Assembly (NCBI RefSeq): GCF_036365525.1
Contig: NC_090399.1
Coordinates: 50,190,430-50,254,429 of the forward strand
Length of the DNA: 64,000 bases
Direction: 5' to 3'
Origin: Heterodontus francisci
Taxonomy: Eukaryota
The notes beneath the pieces were generated by a model. That model searched no databases and was not told the DNA's origin. It worked only from the letters and a program-made list of their open reading frames with translations. The translations under genes and the position numbers were made by a program. Positions within the stretch are counted from its first letter, which is position 1, and the number at the start of each line of letters is the position of its first letter. Shown here piece after piece: positions 1 to 8,788 of the stretch.

Positions 1-319
1 TGGGAATTGTTGGGATTGGTTGAAATGCTGGTTTTACACCCGCCTGATTTCACTCTGCAGTGAAGTCACTGAAGATTCACATTGATGGTGGTGTAAAAAC
101 TGTTGTCCCAATCCCGTGGGTTACCTTCCCGACCAGTTCAGTTATAATGATCCCTGATGTCTCTGTGTCCGGTCCTTGTTCAATCAGTCGACAGGGTCGA
201 TACGGAGAAACCATTTATTCTGGTGGCAGAATCTGGAGTGAGGCCATTTTGGAGTGAAATGGAGGAAGCACTTTATCACATAAAGGACAGTGGAAAATTA
301 GGAGCTCCCTCCCCCAAAA

Positions 320-497
320 GACGCTGGATGCTGGGGGTTAAATGACATTTTTAATACTGGGATTCAGAGGTTTGTGTTGGGGAAGGGAAGTGAGGGATAT
401 GAAGGAATGGTGTGGAAATGAAGTTGAGGTACATGTTCTGACTGAATAATGGAATACACTCAAGGGGCCGAATGGCCTGCTCCTGTTCCTATGATCC
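320..497 (+). mobile_element. CR1-clade (HER1-like) LINE 3' end fragment
   Basis: Ends in ggggccgaatggcctgctcctgttcctatg. The same 3'-terminal motif family closes the RT-bearing LINEs at ~3560-3590, ~3690-3728 and ~5395-5446. Start is approximate. Confidence 0.7.
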
Positions 498-498
498 A

Positions 499-518
499 TA
501 CACACACACACACACACA
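499..518. repeat. (CA)n microsatellite
   Basis: About 10 tandem CA units directly after the LINE tail. Confidence 0.9.
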
Positions 519-1004
519 TCATATCCAGTGGATTTAGTGAGCTCGTTGCAGGTCCCAGCATCGTCCCCGCTAATCACGTGTGCGGTTGCTCCATCAGAAT
601 CACGTGGCATATGGTCAATTATCATCATGGAGGTGCGGGGCCTGGTGAATCATGAGGCTGGGCAGGGATGCGAGAGGCCGAATGCAGCGTCGGATCGTTC
701 TGGAGCCATATGGAAAGGCCTGCCTGTCCTGAATTCACTCCTGCCTGGTTTAGCAGTCTGGCTTCCTGAGTGCTCACTGCTGTACCAGGACACCTCCCGC
801 TGCCCCAGGACTCCTCATCCTGACAGAGGCTACATCTCGGCCACAGGCCACTCTCTTTCACAGCTCATCTCCATTAAGTCCACTGAGAGCTGACGGAAGG
901 CTGAGCTATATGGGACAGCCCAGTAGGGGACGAAGGGCTGCCACTAGCAGAACTGTCATGTTGATCTCTCTGAAGTATGACTATCGCTCTCTTTCCACTT
1001 GCAG

Positions 1005-1900
1005 AACAGATGGCCCACAATAGCAGAGAGACATCATGGACTGGTGGAGGAATCCCCGACATTGGACCACTCTCCACAGCTGAGGTGGAGGCACTTGAAC
1101 CAGCAGGGACCCAGGGTGACCACTCAATAGAGGATGGTCAGATAGAGTCACTGGAGTGTCTTCCAACTACATACAGATCACCTCTGGAGACCCACATCTC
1201 ACATGATTGGCATGACCAGATCTGCACAGCTTTAACCCACAGATGTTTGTGTTCTCTCATGCAGGTCGATGTGTGCAGGAGGCTTCAGAAGCAGGGGGAC
1301 AGTGTCTACCTCTGAGGATGAGCAGCATTCTGAGGATGCACTGTCCCAGGACGCTCTGCACTTTCCACCAATGCAGATACATTCACCTCGGTGGGAATCC
1401 GCTCAGCTTTACAATCAGGGTCAGAAGCTGGTGAGAGCACCACACACATGCGCCTGAGCAACTGGGTGAGGCTGAGACAGCCAAGGCCTCTGACAGTCGG
1501 AGGTCTGTGGGTGTCCAGGGCCAATCTGAGCCCCAGGCTGATGATGAGCCTCTGGTGTTGACAACACAGGGCATGCTGGAGTTGCAGAGAGAGGTGAGGC
1601 AACATCCAGTGGAGATGCCAGAGGCAAAGAGCAGCCATGAGTGGACGATTGAGGTGTCCATCAGGCCTTGACTGCTGCCTTGTTTCTGGCATATGAGCGC
1701 ATGTCTTCCTCCATCGAGAGGTTGCTGACCCTCATGGAGAGCCACATTCCACAGATGCGTACAGAACCTGCACACCATCGTCTTGGCCATGAACTCGACA
1801 CAGCAGTGGCAAGGTGAGAGAAGGAGCAGGCACCTGGAGACTTCTCCAGATCCTCGTCCTTCTCTGGTTAGCAGGGAGGTTCCAGTAAGCCTTGGGGGAG
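1005..1900 (+). pseudogene. Harbinger ORF2 (Myb/SANT-like accessory protein) spliced remnants
   Basis: After acceptor ctttccacttgcag (ends 1004) it reads MAHNSRETSWTGGGIPDIGPLSTAEVEALE, resembling the 'HNxRExxxTGGG..P..L..E' motif that follows the trihelix domain in Harbinger ORF2 proteins. A second acceptor (ttctctcatgcag, ends 1264) is followed by an acidic segment (STSEDEQHSEDA) and a coiled-coil-like segment (MLELQREVRQH). Frameshifted. The Myb helices themselves were not clearly recognised. Confidence 0.5.
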
Positions 1901-2149
1901 CCTGACCAGCAGTCTACCTCTAGTCCAGCTGCTCGTGCGGAGGTCACACTGTGTAGAAGCACTCGTAAATGTACAATGAAAACCACACTTGGGGATTCAC
2001 GTCTGTTTGACATTTCAGATTTGTTTTCTCACAATCTTCATTTGTTATTGAAGTGAACTTTCATTGTGGAAAATGATTATTCTATCATGTCTTCATTGTG
2101 AGCTGCTTCTTTCCCCTTCGTGGATGCCAATGTAGGCACAGCCCTCATT

Positions 2150-2734
2150 TCATTAGCATCTCTCATGGACCATAGCGTGTGGTTCAGCTGGGCACCAGGC
2201 ATGGAAGACAAATAGAAAGGTGGGGACAGACAGCGTGAATTTAGCTGAGTCCTTATTGATTTTATCCTGACAGGCCATCATGGTGGCTGGAAGCGGGTAA
2301 GTATGGGATTGCCTCCTGCCTCTTTGCTCAAGGTGCCTGGCCTCCGGTGCAAGGGGTTTAATATCCAGTGTTGCCTGATCATTACCCTTCTCCACACCCT
2401 CCTTGTCGGTGGAGGAGTGATGTTCAATCATGTCCTCACCTTGCACTCTGCAGTGCTTGATTGTGCAGAGCACAGCAGACCTCCATGGTACACAAGACCC
2501 TCACTGGGACATACTGCAGATCGATCGACGCAGTGGAATCTCACCTTCAGCAGCCCAATGGCCTACTCGATGGTCGCTTGGGTGGAGCCGTGGCAAGTGC
2601 TGTATCTCTCCTCCGCTCTGTTGTGAGGGTTGCCCACAGGCGTGAGTAGCCAATGGGCAGTCACTGTCCCGGAGAATCCATCTCTGAAGGAAAGCAGGGG
2701 GACCTGAAGAACTGCGGCACCTGGGACTGTCAAA
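2150..2734 (-). pseudogene. Harbinger (HARBI1-like) DDE transposase, C-terminal part
   Basis: L*QSQVPQFF, WLLTPVGNPHNRAEERYSTCHGSTQATIE*, AIGLLKVRFHCVDRS match the HARBI1 'WLMTP..NP..AEERYN..H..TR..IE..IG.LK.RFRCLD' region. Contains stops and frameshifts. Confidence 0.85.
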
Positions 2735-3728
2735 GCTGTGAGGAGGGTGCAAGAAGACTTCAAAGGGACTTGGACAGGCTAAGTGAATGGGCAAGAACAT
2801 AGCAGATGGAATATAATGTGAATAAGTGTAAAGTTATCCACTTCAGTAGAAAAAAACAAGACAGAGTATTTCTTAAATGGTGAGAGGTTGGGAAGTGTTG
2901 ATGTCCAAAAGGATCTGGGTTTCCTTATTCATGCACTAGCATGCAGGTGCAGCAGCAATTAAGAAGGCGAATGATATATTGGCTTCATTGCAAAAGGATT
3001 TGTGTACAGGAGTAAAGAAACCTTTCTACAATTGTATAGAGCCTTGGTGAGACTGCAGCTGGAATATTGTGTATAGTTTTGGTCTCCTTATCGAAGGATG
3101 GATATACTTGCCATAGAGGGAGTGCAACAGAGGTTCATCAGACTAATCTCTGGGAGGGCAGGATTGTCTTATGAGGAGAGATTGAGGAAAATGAGAGGTG
3201 ATCACATTGAAACTTACAAAATTCTTACAGGACATGACAGAGTTGATATGGATAGGATGTTTCCCCTGGTAGGTGAGTCTAGAACCAGGGGACACAGTCT
3301 CAGAATCAGGGGCAGGCCATTTAAGACTGAGATGAGGAGGAATTTCTTCACTCCGAGGATGGTGAATCTTTGGAAAACTCTACCACAGAGTGGTGGGCAC
3401 CTGGAACGCATTGCCAGCGGAGGTGGTAGATGCGGGCACGATGGAGTCTTTTAAGATGTATCTAGACAGATACATGAATGGGCAGGAAGAAAAGAGATAC
3501 AGAACCTTAGAAAATAGGCGACATGTTTAGAGAGAGGATCTGGATCGGCGCAGGCTTGGAGGGCCGAAGGGCCTGTTCCTGTGCTGTAATTATCTTTGTT
3601 CTTTGTTCTTTGTATATAGGGATCGTGCGTGAAAATGTTGTTTAGGTCAATGATCAGCCATGATTTAATAGAATGGCGGAGTAGACTTGATGGGCAGAAT
3701 GGCCTACTCCTGCTCCTATGTTCTCCTA
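2735..3728 (+). mobile_element. 5'-truncated CR1-clade LINE (RT C-terminus + 3' UTR) inserted in the Harbinger transposase
   Basis: CEEGARRLQRDLDRLSEWAR, DILAIEGVQQRFIRLI..LSYEERL..RGDHIETYKIL..SRTRGHSLRIRGRPFKTEMRRNFF are CR1 ORF2 C-terminal motifs. The tail is ctcctatgttctcctatg. Confidence 0.9.
3388..3613 (+). mobile_element. Second CR1 3'-end fragment nested in the first LINE
   Basis: Repeats the RVVGTWNALPAEVVDA motif immediately after the host LINE's RMVNLWKTLPQ. It has its own terminal motif gggccgaagggcctgttcctgtgctgta and a (tctttgt)n tail. Confidence 0.75.
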
Positions 3729-4500
3729 TGTAGGCATCATGGCTACTTCCCGGGAAGTGGGCACACACCTGCAGGAAAAGCTTTCGGTGTTCGCAGACCA
3801 GTTGAACATTGATGGAATGGAAGTCCTTCCTGTTGATGAAGGTGCCTTGATGGTTACATGTGTACAATCGACCACAACTTGTACCCAGGAATTCCAGTGA
3901 TGGCCCCGAATCTGATAACCCTCTCAGCCTGACTGTCAGGGTTGGTCCTGTAGCACATATAGTCACCGGCCCTCTTGCACATTAGTCATGGATGCAGCAG
4001 TGTGCTGCTGCCTGGGAAACCCCACACATCTCCCCAGTGGATCCTTGGAATGATCCAGAAGTGCCAAAGTTAAGTGCCATGGTGGTTTTCAATGCCACGG
4101 GCATAGGGTGCCCACCAAATCCCATAGGTTGTAACTCGTCCTGCAGCATGGCACATACGCCAGTGATGGCCTGCCTGAAGAACCCTAGTCTTTGCTGACA
4201 ATGCCACTCAAACATCTGGAGGTTGCTGAGTCAAGTCCCGTACACTGTCTGGGGCAGGAGGGCCCTCCTTGGCATGGCCGGCTGCTGTTGCTCTCGTCAT
4301 GGAGCTTTGCGGGCAGGCGCAGCTGCCTCCTGTCTCTCCTTCGGAGGCACTGCATCACCCCCCGGGAGGTGACAAAGACAGGGCAGGAGGCCCCTGCCAG
4401 GTGATCAGTTGGCCTGCTGAGCAGTGTCCTTGCAGATACGAACCTGTCTTGGCAGTTTTCCCTTTGCTGCTTCTCCTGGCAGACTCCCGAATGGCCCTCA
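3728..4500 (-). pseudogene. Harbinger (HARBI1-like) DDE transposase, N-terminal and central part
   Basis: LQMFEWHCQQRL, MPVALKTTMALNFGTSGSFQGSTGEMCGVSQAAAHCCI (helix-turn-helix region) and FINRKDFHSINVQLVCEHRKLFLQVCAHFPGSSHDAYI (NRKG.HS.NVQ.VCD...PGS.HD catalytic region). Frameshifted. Confidence 0.88.
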
Positions 4501-4567
4501 GCACCCACCCTTACTGACAGCCAACTCTCTTACCTTGCAGTATGAGCACCCAACCTTTGATCCAACA

Positions 4568-5446
4568 GTTTGGGGCATGATAAAGAAGTTTGCGGATGAC
4601 ACAAAGATTGGCCGTGTGATCGGTAGCCAGGAGGATAGCTGTCGGCTGCAGGAAGATATTGATGGTCTGGTCAGATGGGCAGAAAAGTGGCAAATGGAAT
4701 TCAACTTACAGAAGTGAGAGGTGATGCAGTTGGGGAGGTCAAACAAGGCAAAAGAATACAAGATTAATGGGAAAATACTGAGAAGTGTAGGGGAAGTGAG
4801 GGACCTTGGATCCCTGAATGCACAGGACAGGTCGATAAGGTGGTTAAGAAGGCATATGGAATTCTTTCCTTGATTAGCCGAGGTATAGACTACAAGAGCA
4901 GGGAGGTTATGCTGGAACTGTATAATTCATTGGTTAGGCCACAACTTGACTACTGTGTGCTGTTCTGGTCACCTCATTACAGAAAGGATGTAATTGCACC
5001 AGAGAGGGTACAGAGGAGATTTATGAGGATGTTGCCAGGACTGGAAAAATGCAGCTATGAGGAAAGATTGGATAGGCTGGGGTTGTTCCCTTGGAACAGA
5101 GAAGGCTGAGGGGAGATTTGATTGAAATATACAACATTTTGAGGGGCCTGGATAGAGTGAAGGTGAAGGGTCTTTTCACCTTAGCAGAGAGTTCAGTGAT
5201 GGGGGGCATAGATTTAAAGCGATTAGAAGAATAAGAGGAGAGGTGAGGAAAAACTTTTTCATCTAGAGGGTGGTGATGGTCTGGAACTCACTGCCTGAAA
5301 GGGTAGTTGAGGCAGAAACCCTCAACACATTCAGAAGGAGTCTGGATATGGACCTCAAGTGCCATAATCTGCAGGGCTAGGGACTAAATACGATGGACCA
5401 ATTGGCCTCTTTTTGTGCCTTAAACTTTCTACGATTTCTATGATTT
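4568..5446 (+). mobile_element. 5'-truncated CR1-clade LINE
   Basis: GMIKKFADDTKIG (RT FADD motif), LQEDIDGLVRWAEKWQMEFN, LYNSLVRPQLDYCVLFWSPHYRKD..ERVQRRFMRMLPGL. The tail is tttctacgatttctatgatttc. Confidence 0.92.
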
Positions 5447-5550
5447 CCGGACAGACTCGTCTGACGCTATTGTCTGGCCCCCCCCCCCCAAGGCTCCATA
5501 CCTGCTGCAAATGCCACACTGAATCCAGCCCATCCACTGGAGTTCCTTAC

Positions 5551-5829
5551 CCCACTGATAGAGTTTGGCCTCTGCCAGGCTGCTGTGATCAATTCGACAG
5601 GAGTATTGATCCTCTTCCCCAGCATTTATTTCAATCTCTTTCTGGATCTGATGAGTCCCATCGTGGTTCGGTCGCACCCCCGAGGATTGGCTCTCAGACA
5701 TTACCTCTCCATTCCTTAGCCAGTTCACCTCAATGTCTACAGGATAAAATCCAGTAACCAGGCAGGAGAGAGTGAGCGGCTTGTACTGACTATTGGGGTC
5801 ACTTCTGGAGATGAACACTTCAGGCTGAA
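5551..5829 (-). CDS. MHC class I heavy chain, alpha3 (C1-set Ig) exon
   Basis: 279-bp phase-1/phase-1 exon with acceptor ttttatcctttcccattacag and donor G|gtaagg. Encodes VQPEVFISRSDPNSQYKPLTLSCLVTGFYPVDIEVNWLRNGEVMSESQSSGVRPNHDGTHQIQKEIEINAGEEDQYSCRIDHSSLAEAKLYQW, with LxCxxxGFYP, the core W, the class I-type RPNxDGTxQ and YxCxxxHxSL. Confidence 0.96.
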
Positions 5830-5952
5830 CTGTAATGGGAAAGGATAAAAACACAAACACAAACAATACACAGACATTGAATGGAACAGGATAATGGATT
5901 CATAGATCAGTGATGTTAGATCAGAACATGGGGTAAAAACTGAAATCAATAC

Positions 5953-6228
5953 CTTTCCTTTCAAAATATTCCTTTCCAGCTCGCAAATATCTCTTTAAAT
6001 AGTCAACAAGGTCGACCTCCAAATTCCATTTCCAATACTTGTTCCAGGATTCATCAGAATTCCATTTCTCCTTGGTCTTCACTGCAAGGTGATTGGTTGT
6101 GACCCATCTCATTCTGTCTGGCTCTAAACTAATATAGTCCTTTCCATCATAACCAAATCGCATCGATATCTTAATGGAGCCTTCATCAGTGATCTCAACA
6201 GTCCTGATCCATTGGAAAGTGTGAATTC
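5953..6228 (-). CDS. MHC class I heavy chain, alpha2 exon (nonclassical; lacks both canonical Cys)
   Basis: 276-bp phase-1/phase-1 exon with acceptor ctgttttgtcactgacag and donor G|gtattg, followed by a 123-bp intron (5830-5952) to alpha3. Encodes GIHTFQWIRTVEITDEGSIKISMRFGYDGKDYISLEPDRMRWVTTNHLAVKTKEKWNSDESWNKYWKWNLEVDLVDYLKRYLRAGKEYFERK, with HTxQ, GYDGxDY, TKxKW and LKRYL motifs. Confidence 0.95.
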
Positions 6229-6344
6229 CTGTCAGTGACAAAACAGGAATCAATAACTAATAGTTAATATCAAATCACAAGCACTCTCATCAGAGAGAAA
6301 TGGGATCTATTACCTGGCAGAAATAGGGGGTGGGGGGTGTGGTT

Positions 6345-6700
6345 ATCGGGTCATTTAGGGCACAGAAAGAGGCCATTTAGCTCACTGAATCCATGCCATC
6401 TGTCCACGGAGCTATGCAGCCAGTCCCACTCCCTGGCACGATTCCCATTGCCCTGCAAGTCTATTTCTCTCAGGTGGCCATCCAACGTCCTCTTGATGTC
6501 ATTTATTGTCTCTGCTTCCACCACCCTGGTCGGCAGTGAGTTCCAGGTCATTACAATCCTCTCCATAAAAAAGTGCTTCCTCATGTTCCTCCTGCATCTT
6601 TCGCCTAAAAAATTTAATCTGTTTTCCCTAGTCCTTGTACCATTTTTTAATGGGAACAGCTTTCAGTTGTCTAATTTATCTAAGCCCATCATAGTTTGTT
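6345..6700 (-). mobile_element. CR1-clade LINE 3' fragment
   Basis: MRKHFFMERIVMTWNSLPTRVVEAETINDIKRTLDGHL, followed by a 3' motif (gagctaaatggcctctttctgtgccc on -). Confidence 0.88.
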
Positions 6701-7650
6701 TCTAAAATTTTCTCAATCTTTTGACTTTGCACGAATCTTCGCAACATTATATGTCTTTTCTTTGAATTTGATACCATCCTTAACTTCTTTAATTAACCAC
6801 GGATGGTTCATCATTCTCAGTAAGTATTTTTTTCTCAATGGAATATATCTTTGTTGAGAATTATGAAATATCTCATTAAATGTCTACCACTGCTTATCTA
6901 CTGTTATACCATTTAATCTATTTTCCAAAGCCACTTTTGTCAACTCTGTCTTCATACCTTTGTAATTGCCTTGATTTAAGTTTCCGACATTAGTTTCAGT
7001 TCCAAGATTTTCACCCACAGACTGAATTTTAAATACTACCATGTTATGATCACTCTTCTCTACAGGATCATTTACTGTGAGATCATTAATTAACCCTGTC
7101 TCATTACACATTCCCACATCCAAAATAGCCTGTTCCCTGGTTGGTTCCACAATGTATTGTTCTCAGGAACTGTCCTGAATATACTCTATGAACTTGTCCT
7201 TGAAGCTACTTTTGCCAATTTGATTTGTCCAATCTATATGAAGATTAAATTCATCCACAATTAATGCAGCACCTTTCTTATAAACCCTCATGACTCCTTG
7301 ATTTATATTCTGTCCTACAATGCAGCTAATGTTAGTGTCTCCCAGCAGTGACTTTTTCACGTGCTACTTCTTATCTCCAACCAAATTGATTCTATATCTT
7401 GATCTTCCAAGCCAAGATCAATTTTCACTACTGCACTGATCTCATCATTTATTAACAAAGCTATCCCAACCCCTGTACTTTTCTGTTTATCCTTCCAAAA
7501 TATCAGGTACCTGTAAATATTCAGTTCCAAGCCTTGGTCACCGTGCAACCATGCCTCTGTAATGGCCATCTGATCAGATGAATTTATTTCTATTTTTGCC
7601 ATCAATTCATCTATCTTGTTATAAATACTGTGCGTATTAACAGATAAATT
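6701..7650 (-). mobile_element. CR1-clade LINE ORF2 APE-endonuclease fragment
   Basis: NTHSIYNKIDEL..AITEAWL..GVGIALLI..IESIWLEI, DEFNLHIDW, EPTREQAILD..DPVEKSDHNMVVF (APE motifs including SDH). Degenerate. Confidence 0.88.
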
Positions 7651-7655
7651 CAGAT

Positions 7656-8071
7656 TCAGATAGAAATGGGGGCTTAAAGTCACAGTATGATCAGAGGGGA
7701 AACAGAATACAGTATCAGAAAGAAATTGCAGGGGTGGGGGGAGGGTGTGGGTGAGTGTTGGTGTTTGTAGTTACAGTATGAACAGCGGGGAACGGGACCA
7801 AGTATCAGATAGAAATGGGGTGGAGGTAGTTGTTGTCACAGCATGAACAGAAGGGAAACAGAATTCAGTATCAGAAAGAAATGGGGGCAGGGGTGGTGGT
7901 TCTAGTCACATTTTGAACAGAGGGGAAAAGGGACCAAGTATCAGATAGAATTTGGGGTTTAGAGTCACAGTCTAATCCGAGGGGGAAAGGTGATCTAATG
8001 CCAGATAGATATCAGGGGGTTAGAGACACAGTCTGGTTAGAGGGGAAAGGGGATCTAGTATCAGATAGAAT
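7656..8071 (+). repeat. Diverged edge copies (~7) of the 58-bp satellite
   Basis: Recognisable tcagatagaaatgggg / gtcacagt / gaggggaaagggg blocks with many substitutions and GT-rich insertions. Confidence 0.9.
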
Positions 8072-8763
8072 CGGAAGAGAGAGAGCTGAAGCGGCTTGAG
8101 AAAGCATCACCAATATGGAGGAGTATAATTCAGGGCTGGGTACAAAATTGCTGAAACTCGCTCAATTAATTCCAAAATTCAATGAGGAAGATGTGGAAGA
8201 GTTTTTCATGTCCTTCAAGAAACTGGCGAGGCAACTACAATGGCCAGCTAAGACCTGGTCTCTTTTACTACAAAGCAAACTAACTGGAAAAGCCCATGAG
8301 GTTTATTCCTTACTGCCAGATGAGAGTTTATCAATTTATGAACTGACCATAAGTGCTATCCTCAGGGCATATGAATTAGAACCCAAAGCCTATCACCAAA
8401 AGTTTGGAACCATCAAAAAGCAAGCTAATCAAACTTATCTGGAGTTTGAAAGAAGCAAGCAGCTTGATTTGACCAATGGCTTTAAAAATAAAGCTCAGCT
8501 ATGAGACTCTCAGAGAAGTAATCCTGTTAGACCAATTTAAAAACTCCCTCCCATTCTCAATAAAAACCCATGTAGAGGAGCAGTGGGTTCAGGGAGCCCG
8601 GCAAGCAGCCGTTCTGGCTGATGAATTGCTTTCATCTACAAGTCCGTTTCCCAGGGGAGAACCTTTCCTAATCACCCCCACAAATCCGAAAAGGACAAAG
8701 GGTGGGAAGTTGAAATCCGCCCAGACAGTCCTGAAAGAGAAAGGAAAGCAAGAGACACAGGGA

Positions 8764-8788
8764 CCCCCCCCCCCCCCCCCCCCCCCCC
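8764..8788. repeat. poly(C) tract (~25 nt)
   Basis: Homopolymer run inside gag. A second C-rich run lies at ~9376-9395. Confidence 0.85.

Larger units (their letters stand above)
520..4560. mobile_element. Decayed PIF/Harbinger DNA transposon (transposase on -, Myb/SANT-type ORF2 remnants on +), interrupted by CR1 insertion(s)
   Basis: HARBI1-like transposase segments on the minus strand at 2150-2734 and 3728-4500, plus a convergent plus-strand TGGG-motif ORF. Termini/TIRs not identified, so boundaries are approximate. Confidence 0.75.

Noticed and set aside
2150-4500. Domesticated host HARBI1 gene
   Set aside because: Multiple stops and frameshifts plus a LINE insertion show it is a dead transposon copy.
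5438-5866. The C1-set domain as Ig/TCR constant, class II or beta2m; ORF-track starts (MFVFVFLSF.., MIPVLSL..) as signal peptides
   Set aside because: The adjacent alpha2 exon and the RPNxDGT motif identify class I. The ORF-track N-termini are translated polypyrimidine tracts upstream of the splice acceptors.
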